From NCBI RefSeq assembly GCF_004010195.1, contig NC_057718.1, positions 88,626,233 to 88,690,232 of the forward strand: a DNA stretch of 64,000 bases. The letters are read 5' to 3'. The notes beneath the pieces are model-generated. The model saw nothing but the letters and a program-made list of their open reading frames with translations, had not been told where the DNA came from and did no database searches. The translations under genes were made by a program, and so were the position numbers. This DNA is from Chiloscyllium plagiosum. Taxonomy: Eukaryota. Numbering within the stretch: position 1 is the first letter of the stretch; each line of letters starts with the position of its first letter. This document shows positions 12,001 through 24,000 of this stretch, in pieces.

Positions 12001-15000
12001 TTGACAGTTGGCATGTTATATAACCAAGATAAGATTTAATGTGTTTGTGTGGGTTAACGGCTGGAAGATGGAAAGCACACTTCACTTGCCTGAGTCCTAA
12101 TCTACTATCTAGAGTAGTGAGACTCTGAGCCATTAGCAAAGTTATGCTGTGTTGCCTAGATTAATAAATTTATGATTTAGCTTGATGCCTGAAGCCTATA
12201 GTACCATTTTGTTTTTTTTAACCAAGGAAGGAAATGTGATATTAATATTTGCATTTCTTAGGATTAAATATTTTGTATTTGATATTATGTTACATTGACA
12301 GTTTTAAGGCCACACCCTTTACAAAGATCATTCAATTATGAAAAAAGGATATTCTGCAAAACCAACATATTGCCAGAATTCCCTCTGGCCACACCAACAC
12401 TCGAAGGGTCCATGCACATTGGCGTGCTGACACTGTTCCCAGCATTGACTTCTGGTTCTGGAAGTCACTGCCCGGAGGTCCATACAGAAGACAAAATATT
12501 AGTAGGAATGTTGAATATGGGCCCAAAAACTTTAAAAATAAAACATGTCAAATCTCAATGTCTGACATATGTACAAAGGACAGAAATGTGTTTTAATACA
12601 AGATATCATCATTGCTAACTTGTAAGCACACAATAATCTACATGTGCAGTAAAAATTAAGATAAAATGTAAATGAGCACAATTAACACTTACCAGGTTTA
12701 AAATTTAGCCCAGATTAATGGAATGAAAATCTCCTCTCACTACTGTCTGAATTTCGTAATGAAATCAAATTTAATTTGAAGGGATTGAGCGAAATGAGTT
12801 TGACCCACCTCAAACTATTCATGGTCCTGCTAAAAATTTGGCACCACTGAAATTGTTTCTTGGCGAGGTCTGGAGGACAGCTGGTGTGGGAAAGAGGAAG
12901 TTACACACTGGTGCATTAGAGAATACTCTTCAGTTTGGTGCAAATGGCTGCAGTGACGAGAGCTCTGTCTAGCTCATGCTACACTCAACATAGTAATGCA
13001 CGGTGCCAACAGAGAGCCAAGGTTGAAAGTTGCCTACTCTTCAAATAACCCTCACCTAATACGTGCAAAGAACAGAAATTGTAAATGTAAGAGTTATAGG
13101 TAGATGTGCAGGATCTCTAACAGTAGTTATCTTTCGATTGTTCTGAACTTCCACTGTGTGGAATTGATGACCCTGAAAAATGAGATAACAAGATTGGTTC
13201 TAGCAGTTGAATGACCTACTTCAATAGAAATGAGGATCACAATCATCCACTCAAGGCGCAGTCCATGTTTCTCACTTAGATGGTTTCTCATCAAGTCTGT
13301 TAGTTCAGTACAATGCTGTAGCTTTTCATTAATCACCTGTAGGGTTCAAAAGATTTGCATCCTGAAGACATATTCACCTGACCACGGTTCACTCTAGATT
13401 TAATTCAGCATGAATGTATGTCTAATATTAAGTTATGAAAGCAGAAAATGTTTTTAACATATGGGGCTTTTGCAATTTATTTTACACAACATTGCATATG
13501 AAACTCTCACAAAATTGCAGATTGCTTAACTGCGCAGAGAGCGCAGCATATTGTTGTGGTTCTGTTTGCCGAGCTGGGAATTTGTGTTCCAGACGTTTCG
13601 TCCCCTGTCGAGATGACATCCCCTGTGCTTGGGAGCCCCTGTGAAGCGCTTCTATGTTGTTTCCTCCGGCATTTATAGTGGTTTGTCTCTGCCGCTTCCG
13701 GTTGTCAGTTTCAGCTGTCCGCTGCAGTGGATGGTATATTGGGTCCAGGTCGATGTGTTTGTTGATAGAATCTGTGGATGAATGCCATGCCTCTAGGAAT
13801 TCCCTGGCTGTTCTCTGTTTGGCTTGTCCTATAATTGTAGTGTTGTCCCAGTCGAATTCCGGTTGCTTGTCATCTGTGTGTGTGGCTAAGGATAGCTGGT
13901 CGTGTTGTTTCGTGGCTAGTTGTGTTCATGGATATGGATCGTTAGCTGTCTTCCCGTTTGTCTTATGTAGTGTTATGTGCAGTCCTTGCATGGGATTTTG
14001 TACACTACGTTGGTTTTGCTCATGCTGGGTATTGGGTCCTTTGTCTTGGTGAGTTGTTGTCTGAGAGTGGCTGTTGGTTTGTGTGCTGTTATGAAAGAAG
14101 TTGCATCAAGACACTGTTCAAAAGGGCCACAACACACTGCAGCACACCTGAACTGCAAAAAGAGGAAGAACACCTCTACAATGTATTCGCCAAAAACGGA
14201 TACCCCCGCAATTTCATCGACAGATGCCCAAGGGAAAGATAACGGAATGAGGATATGCCGCAACCCAAAGGACTAGCCAGGTTACCATACATCAAGAACA
14301 TTTCTGAACTGACAGCCAGACTACTACGACCACTAGGAGTCATAACAGCACACAAACCAACAGCCACTCTCAGACAACAACTCACCAGGACAAAGGACCC
14401 AATACCCAGCATGAGCAAAACCAACGTAGTGTACAAAATCCCATGCAAGGACTGCATAAAACACTACATAGGAAAAACAGGAAGACAGCTAACGATCCAT
14501 ATCCATGAACACCAATTAGCCACGAAACGACACAACCAGCTATCCTTAGTAGCCCCCCACACAGATGACAAGCAACCGGAGTTCGACTGGGACAACACTA
14601 CTATTATAGGACAAGCCAAACAGAGAACAGCCAGGAAATTCCTAGAGGCATGACACTCATCCATAGATTCTATCAACAAACACATCGACTTGGACCCAAT
14701 ATACCGGCCACTACAGCAGACAGCTGGAACTGACAACCGGAAGTGGCAGAGACAAACCACTATAAATGCCGGAGGAAACAACACAGAAGCGTTTCACAGG
14801 AGGCTCCCAAGCACAGAGGATGTCACCTAGACAGGGGACGAAACATCTACAACACAAATTCCCAGCTCGGAGATCAGAACCACAACGACGAGCACCCAAG
14901 CTACAAATCTTCTCACAAACTTTGAGCTCAGCATATTTTTAACACTGCTGATATACCTCTGTCATTAAAATTAATCATGGGAAAATCAGAAGCACCGTGA

Positions 15001-18000
15001 ATTGCCCATCTGACTTCAAATTGCTTTTCCAGTGTCCATTTTGAGCCAAAGCAGAGTTTTAATATTTACCATTCCAGCTAATATATTGTACAAACACTGA
15101 AAGCCACAAGATCAGTATTGCATCATTTTAAAAGAATACTATCCTATCCCTTTTCATTATGTGCAAATATAATAAATGGTGTAACAAAACCAAAATCCAA
15201 TCCAGAAAATGTTCATATTTTAGTGACTCAATATCACAGCTTTTCCTGAACAATCCAAATTATGAACACAGGAACAAAACCAGGCCTTATAGTCCCTTGG
15301 GCTTGTTGCATCATTCAATAAGGTTCTTTACTAAAGGTTTGGCTCCAACATCTTGACTACATACAACTTCTCACAAAGAAATGTGAGGTAATGCATTTTG
15401 ATAGAAGGAACACAGAGAAACAATACAGGTTCAACAGTAAAACTTTGAGGGGAGTACAGGAGCAGAAGAACCGAGAGGTTCATGCGCATAATTCTATGAG
15501 ATGGCCAGGCAAGTTGAAACAGTTGTAAAGAAGAATAAGGTCCTTGGGTTTATAAATAGAATCACAGAGTATAAAAGCAAGAAAGTAATGTTACAGCTCT
15601 ACAAATCATTGGTCAGAACATATTTGGAGAAGTGTATTCAGTTCTGGGTATCTTATTTAAGGAAGGATGTTAGAGCCCTGGAGACAGTGCCAAGGGAATT
15701 TACTAGAATGATACCAGGAATGAAAGATTTTACAAGGACAGATTTTAGAGAAATTTGGTTTCTTCTCTTTGCAGCAAACAAGATTAAGAGGTGACCTGAT
15801 TGAGGTGTTCAGAGTTATGAACCATTTTGACAGGATAACGATGTTTCCACTAGTTGGTATATCAATAACTAAGGTTCATAATTTGAAGACTGGCAGCAGG
15901 AGAGCTGGGAGTGAGATGAGGAGAAACATCTTTACTTTGTTGGATTTGGAATGCGCTACCTGGGAAAATGCTGGAGGCGGATTCCATATGAGGTTTCAAA
16001 AGAGAGCTGGATATATATTTGAAAGTGATTAACTCAGAGGGCTACGGAGGTAGTGCTGGACAACGAGGAGCTCTTTCGGGAGCCAATACAGACACGATGG
16101 GTCAATGGCCTCCTGCTGTGTTGTAAAATTCTATGATTCCCCTAGATTTTCCAGTTAGAAGAAATGGTTTATCATTATTCCTCCAAAAACCCTAGTTTCT
16201 ATTAAAGCAAAAGACTGCGGATGTTGGAAATTTGAAATACAGTGTTGGAGAAACTCAGCAGCTCTCAAAGAGAAATGGAGTTAAGATTTTGAGTCCAGTA
16301 TGACTCTTCTTTAGAACTCAAAACTTCTTTTTATCCTAGTTTGTGGAGACTCTTGCAGTTTAGTACTTGAGAGTCTATGTATTGTTTTGTTGAATCTAAG
16401 CTACTTCTTCTGAGGTCAAGACAAGCTTCCTAAAGTATTGCATGTCCAGGTATGCACAACATCAAATGGGTCAATTAGCTGAAAAATGGCACACGCAGAT
16501 CAACCTGGATAAATGCAAGGTATTGTATTTTGATACAACAAACATGGGTAGGACTTACACAATTAACAGTCTGCCCTTGGGTAGTGTTGTAGAGCAGAGA
16601 CCTAGGGGTTTGGGCACTTAATTCTTTGAAGTTTGCATCACATATAGACAGTGATTAAAAAGGTATTTAGCACGCTTGTCTTCATTACTCAGTCCTTTGA
16701 GTACGGAGGTTGAATGTCATATTGAGGTTGGTGAGGTCTCTTCTGAAATACTGTGTACAGTTCTGCTCACCCAGTTACAGGAAGGATGCTGACGGGTATG
16801 GAAGGTTTGAGTTATAAAGAAAGGCTGAATAGGTTGCAACTTTTTTCACTGTAGCATAGCAAGCTGAGAGGCCATCTGATAGAAGTTTATAAAATAATGA
16901 ATGACATAGATAATGGTAATTGTCTTTTCCCTAGGATGGGGAATTTCAAGACTGGGGGTACATTCCCAAGGTGAGAGGAGAGAGATTTAAAAAAGACATG
17001 AGAAGCCAATTCTTTACACAGGTTCGCGTGCGGAACAAACTTCCTGGGAAAGTGGTGGATGTGGGTACAATTACAACGTTTAAAAGACATTTGGATAAGT
17101 ACATGAATATGAAAGGTTAGGAGAGATATGGGCCAGGAGCAGGCAGGTGGGACTACTTTAGTTTGGGATTATATTTGGCATGGACTGGTTGGACTGAAGG
17201 TACCTGAATCTGCCTCCACCACCTTTTCAGGTAGTCAATTCCAGATAGTAACCACTCACTGTATAAAAACCTTTTCCACATATGCAGGTAGTTCTTTCAC
17301 CAATCATCTTAAAATTTGACCATTTAAGTTCAACCCTTCCACCCTGGTATTCCAATCCTTCAGAGAGAAAGGCTTACACTCCATTAGACTTTGAAATAAT
17401 TAACTATACCTGTTTATGACATTTTAGTGACCAATGAACATGGACCTCAAGTACCTTTTATAAATTTTTTTTTTGTGGAACTCTAGAACCTTTCACATGG
17501 TCTAGAGACCTTCCACATGGTCTCTCCCGAAACCCCTACTGTGCTCTCTCTTTCCTCCTGTTTAAAGTATTGTTGTTTTTGACTTTTTTGAAGCTCCAAA
17601 TCAAAGCATAAACTTACAAAAAACAGCAATTACTGCTCCAAGAAATAAAGGAAATCAGCTCCAGTAATGAAAAAACCTAAACAAAAAAGCAGCTCTTACA
17701 GCCACAGTTGTTTCCCATCCACCTTTTCTTTTGGGTTTGAGCTATAGGGAGAGGCTGAATAGGCTGGGGTTATTTGCACTGGAGCGTCAAAGGCTGAGGT
17801 TTATAGAGGTTTATAAAATCATCAGGGGCATGGAGAGGGTGAATAGCCAAGGTAATTTTCCCCCACAGTAAGGGAGTCCAAAATTAGAGTGCATAGGTTT
17901 AAGGTGAGAGGGGAAAGATGTAAAAAGGAACAACATTTTCACGCAAAGGGTGTTACGTGTATGGCATGAGCTGCCAGAGGAAGTGGTGGAGGCACGCACA

Positions 18001-21000
18001 ATTACAATGGTTAGAAGACATCTGGATGGGTACGAATTGGAAGGGTTTAGAGGGATAGGAGTCAAATATTGGCAAATGGGACTAGATTAATTTAGGATAT
18101 CTGATCGGCATGGAGAAGATGGACTGAAGGGTCTATTTCCATGCTGTACAACTGTATGACTATCTTCTGATTTTCACTGTTTCTAGCTCTTCATTTAGAA
18201 AATGTGTTTTATCCTTTCTACGATTACTCATTTTTATACTCGAAGCAGTGGCATGATCTCTTTCCCAAGTTACTAGCATCATCATTTTATAAAAGGAATT
18301 CTAAGCAATAGAATGATTTCATAATTTGTTTGATACAAAATAAGGCAATTGATATTTACTTCTAAAATTATTTTTGACTTTAAAACACCTCAAGATTTGC
18401 AAATGCCTCTTCATCACTATGGACAAGCCTTTAAGCATCTCCTTTGGCTCAAATAACATTTGTCAATATTATTAAAGATAAACAGCAATAGTCAGCAATT
18501 AACAGTGAGATAAGAAAAAAGTTAATAGTTTAGCTCAATGTTCTTTTAACAGAACTGGAATAATGTAAGAATTTAATAGTTTGAAGAAACTGAGTCGCTA
18601 AAATGTATATGGGATATAGGAAAGAACAAGTGAAAAATCTCTATGCTAGGTTGCTTCTCTGAACACCCTAGTTTACTCACAACACACATTCTTCTTCCCT
18701 TGCAAGTCCAGGAGATGCAACATCTGCCCTTTCATCTCCTTCCTTCCAGATGTCCTCGGCACTAAATACCTCTTCTAATTGATACAGCAATTTACTTCTA
18801 TTTCTTCCAACTTAGGATACATTACTGATTTCTCACAATGTGGCCCCCTCTAAATTGAGGAGGCCAAATGCAGAATGGATGATCGCTTTTCTGAAAACCG
18901 TCATTTAGTCAATCAGGATAAACCCGAATTTCTGGTCACTTGCCATTTTAATTATTCACCCCTTTCTGTCCTGAGTTTCGTAAATTGCTCTAATGAAACT
19001 TGACATAAGCTCATTTTTCAGCAAATCATTTCCATTCAGCTTTAGTTTAACACTTTTAGATTATAATCACTGCTCACAGTATCTCAGACAGCAATTACCA
19101 TTCACGCTCTCTTGGATCCTTTGCTTCTTTTCTTGTCCCATTACTTTGCACTACCTTCCTTTTTTCTATTTAATCACCTCTGCCTTTCACCCAATCTCAG
19201 ATCCTTCTCCACGCGCCCCTCAACCCCACTTCCGCCTCCTTTGCCTGGCTCTGCACTTGTTTAAGTTTATACTTTTTTCCAGTTCTTATAAAAAATCACC
19301 ACCCTGAAATATTAAGTATTTTTTCTGTCCATTGAAGTTTCCCCGTCTGCTGAGCATTTCCAGCATTTTCTACTTTTATTTCAGGTTTACAGCATCTGGC
19401 ACGTTTTAGATGTATTTCAACTGAATCATGTTTTCCCATTTATTGATAGCACTTTTCGTCTTCTACAGTGTGTTCCCACTACAGCATTTTCATGCTAGGA
19501 TGCAAGATTAATTTCTACTAAAATTGCAAATGAGGTAACAATTATATAGTAGAGGTATTACCTTGCATTAACAGCGAGGAGCAAACCAGTACTTTAATTC
19601 TCATCCAATATGACTGGTACTGCTTGTGTAAATATGGGCTTCAAAGAAAATGAAACAGTCCCTGACAATTTAGGCTACATACAGCGTAAATATTAAACAT
19701 AGCGTGATTTGAGATTCAAATGACTGTAGTGTTGTCACCTTGTAGCTTTCGACATTATGTGAACCTTTCAACCAGATTATTCCATTGTAATAACTCACAC
19801 TGAGTTATTCAGTGTGCCATGACACTGGAACTTTGAATATAAATAGAAACATCAACTTTGTGGGATGAGTTTTTGTGGCACCAGAGGTCAGCAATCTGTC
19901 CTTTCACCTCTGGCTCCAGGCTTTGAATCCAGTATAAATATACAGTATGAAAGCTTCCTCTGTTTGCTGGCTGAAATAATCTGACCTTGAATCACCTTTT
20001 CATGATTATGTGCTTCTGTCACAAAAAAATTTGTTTAACTCAGTACTAACTGGGGCGGCACGGTGGCTAGCACTGCTGCCTCACAGTGCCAGAGACCCAG
20101 GTTCAATTCCCACCTCAGGCAACTGTCTGTGAGGATTAGATTAGATTGGATTACTTACAGTGTGAAAACAGGCCCTTCGGCCCAACAAGTCCACACCAAC
20201 CCTCCGAAGAGCAACTCACCCAGACCCGTTCCCCTACATTTACACCTTCACCTAACATTACAGGCAATTTAGCATGGCCAATTCACCTAACCTGCACATC
20301 TTTGGACTGTGGGAGGAAACCGGAGCACCCAGAGGAAACCCACACAGACACGGGGAGAATGTGCAAACTCCACACAGACAGTTGCCCGAGGCGGGAACTG
20401 AACCCGGGTCTCTGGCGCTGTGAGGCAGCAGTACTAACCACTGTGCCGCCCCATAAGTTTACACGTGAATTGGCCATGTTAAATTGCCCGTAGTGTTAGG
20501 TGAAGGAGTAAATGAAGGGGAATGGGTCTGGGTGGGTTGCTGTTCAGAGGGTCGGTGCGGACTTGTTGGGCTGTAGGGCCTGTTTCCACACTGTAAGTAA
20601 TCTAATCCAATCTAACAGAGAACCTCACTCAGAGAAATTACAAGGAGGGTGACTTCTGTGAGAAATAAAAGTGATATACTGCTGCAGTAAAGGTGTTCCT
20701 CTGAGGTCAGGATGAAAGCAAACAATTAATATATGGAAAGGTAAGTTTTAATATGCTTTAAGCATGCACAAAAGAGTTTTATCTGTCAATAGTTTGTGAT
20801 TTGAAGGGACAGGATGCCTCAGATTAGGAAATTAGTGCCTTAAACATTAACTAATATCATCTGCAATATAATTATCAATATCAGATTGCCACACTGCTTC
20901 TATTTTACTCTACCCAAATGCACCTTTGCATTTCAGGCCAAGACTTTGGATCTTACCCTCTTCAGAAACATTGAGCAAACCTTCAACTGGGGCAGCATAG

Positions 21001-24000
21001 AAGCATTAGGGGAGGGGAAACAAGACATACCATTCATATAACACTAGCTGTCATAACGTAAGTTTAAATGTTCAGTATGAATGGGTGATGAGTGAATGGG
21101 GCTGGTGATAGGGTAATGAAGTGATTGAACAAATGGGGAGGGTTGACGTTTGGGGGGATGACAAGTGAAGAGCTGTCAAGCAGGTTGGGTGATAATCAGT
21201 TCAGGTAGGTTTGGCTGGTCAGGAAATATCATGGGATGGGCTAGTAAGGTGGGTCGGATGGTTCATCAGGTAGTATCAAGAGATGAGAGAGAGGATGGAG
21301 TAATAAGTGTGATTGGGGATCAGTTATATAGCTAACATGGAGTTAAACTTGGAATTAGTTAGCTAACAATTCCCAAGTAACTATCAAGGCAAGCATGTCA
21401 GAAGAGTCTGATTCACTGACTCCAATTCAAAGTTAGAGACCTTTTTGGGGATCTGGGGAGCAGGGAATTGCCAGTTTTAAGACCATCCGACTTGAGCAAA
21501 CTACACTAACTCAGAACTTATGCAGATTTGCATCCTGGGCCATACATCCTGTCTCTAGTAATCTGAAGATTTGACCATTTGGACCAATTACTACTTGTTT
21601 TCGGTAGTGAAACAGTATGTCAGGAGCAACTGTAGTTTCTCTTCCACTCCTGGCAAAAGCATGAGAACTCTTATGCTTAAGTTAAAAGTGCTCATCTTCT
21701 TGATGTCAGAGACAGTGTAAAGTGAATCAATCCCAGGGAATCCTGTTTGTTTTGCATCGCAAAGCCAAGATTTAAATATACTAAGGCTGGAAACAGCAGA
21801 GGGAAGGGTAATCATCCCAATGTGAGCTTTGCCCTCTTGTGATATAAATTGTACTGCAGTCATCCATCTGGAGTTGGTGAAAGGGCAACTCCAATTCAAG
21901 TGAACAACTCAAAGAGATGATGGCTTTTTGATCTTTATGTCTGTGCTTTGTAAAAAAAAAAATTCTTGATGTCAGAACATGTATGAATAGTGTATGTAGG
22001 AAATAAAACTGTAAATTCGATCTGCAAAACTGTCAGAATGAAAATTATTAGATGAAATATGTGTAAGAATTCAGCAATACTGAAGGAACATAAATGAGGA
22101 AATATAAAAAAGAAATTCCTAGAATACAAACTGCCACTGCTAATTAGGGGAAAACAAAATTACAAGTGAATTGGCTAGACAAGGTAAAACTAACGATAAA
22201 GGTAGTTTTTAAAGTGACCCGACTGCACTGTTTCATGATTGATGTCATATATGAACAAAGGTGGTTATACAGATTAATAGGTATCAGGGCTGCACTTCCT
22301 GTATTCATTATGCCACTAACTATCTCTGAAGACCTTGGCATCCTACTTGGCAATGCTTGAGTACAATTCCTTCCACAGACTTCAACTCATTGTTAAGCCA
22401 TGTCATCTGTAACAAGGTCAACCTACACCACTGGAGGTCAGTACTGCTACTGATAATCAAGATCACCACTGCTCTCAACTTTCCAGGCTAGCAATGGATG
22501 ATGGTGCAAATGATCCCTATTTGCTATCTCTAAATGAATGAAACTGGTCTACAATTTTAGATTCTTCTGCTGAAGAGCAACCAGCACATGCTGCGCGCCA
22601 TCACCTTTGTGCTCTTTCTCCAGAATCACAACTTTCTCTTACCCAACTGCATACATCGAATAACCATGCCATTATCCTAAACACACTAACTATATCTTCT
22701 AGGATGCGTGTAGCTCTGTTCATGTCCAAGTATGTTGTTGAGATGGTTCCAGGAATGTTGTGAGGTACTTTCTTGACCTGGGTCACTTCTAACAGTTGAC
22801 AGGCTGATTTTCCAGGTGTAAAATGTCAACAGTCTTGGAGGTTACCAGAGATATTCATAAAATGTATTTTGAAAATGAATTTTCAGGATGTAAGTGATCA
22901 GCATGTATTACCGATTCCCGATTCCCTTGAGAAGATGGTTGAAGGAGTGCTGTTGGGTCCACTGCTGTTTGTCATTTAGGAATTGGATGTGAATATAGGA
23001 AAAATGGTTAGCAAGTTTGCAGATTACATCAAAATTCGTAGTGTGGTGGACAGTGAAGAAGGTTATTTCAGAGTACAATGGGACTTCGATCAAATAGGCT
23101 GATGAGTGGCAGATGGAGTTTAATTCAGATAAATAAGAGGTTTTGCATTTTGGAAAAGTGTAAGCTCATACTTTCTTACGGTGGAGTCACAGGTAGACAG
23201 TGTAGTGAAGGTGCCATTTGGTCCACTTGATCAGTGCATGGAGTTTTGGAATTAGAATGGTATGTTGCAGCTGTAGAGGGTATTGGTTAGGCCACCTTTG
23301 GAGTACTGTGTTCAATTCTGGTTGCCCTGCTACAGGAAAGATGTTGTTAATCTTGAAAGGGTTCAGAAAAGATTTACAAAGGTGTTGCCAGGTTTGAGTT
23401 ATAGGGAGAGGATGAATAGGTTGGGACTGTTTTCCCTGGAGTGTCAGAGGTTGACAGTTTTATAAATCTTTATTAGGTGAACCATGAGGGGCATTGGTCT
23501 TTTGCCTCAGTGTAGGGGAGTCCAAAACTAGAGGGCTTAGGTTTAAGGTGAGAGGGGGAAAGATTTAAAAGGGACCTAAGAGGAAACTTTCTCATGCAGA
23601 GGATGGTGCATGTAATGGGACGAGCCCCCAGAGGAAGTGGTGGAAGGTGGTACAGTTACAAAGATATCTGGATGGGTATATGATTAAGAAAGGTTTGGAG
23701 GCATATGGGCCAAATGCTGGCAAATGGGACTAGACTAATTTGGATATCTGGTCAGGCATGTTTGGATCAAAGGGTCTATTTCCATGCTGTACATCTCCAT
23801 GACTGTGTTAGATATCCGTAAAATGAATGATAAGATGCTTATGGTCAGTCAAGAAAGTAAAAAACGAGATTAGTAATTTCCAACACCTTATCATATTTAC
23901 AATTTTGTATGGCACAGATAGATCCAGAAATTCTTCGAAGATCGATTCTTCAGAAGAAATGATGAAAAATTAGAAAATTCAGTGTAAATTGTGGCTTATT

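Noticed and set aside
13127..13219. Extended RMND1 C-terminus (VGHSTARTN...) from the ORF track
   Set aside because: Read-through past the gtaggt donor; the conserved C-terminus is encoded at 9034-9066.
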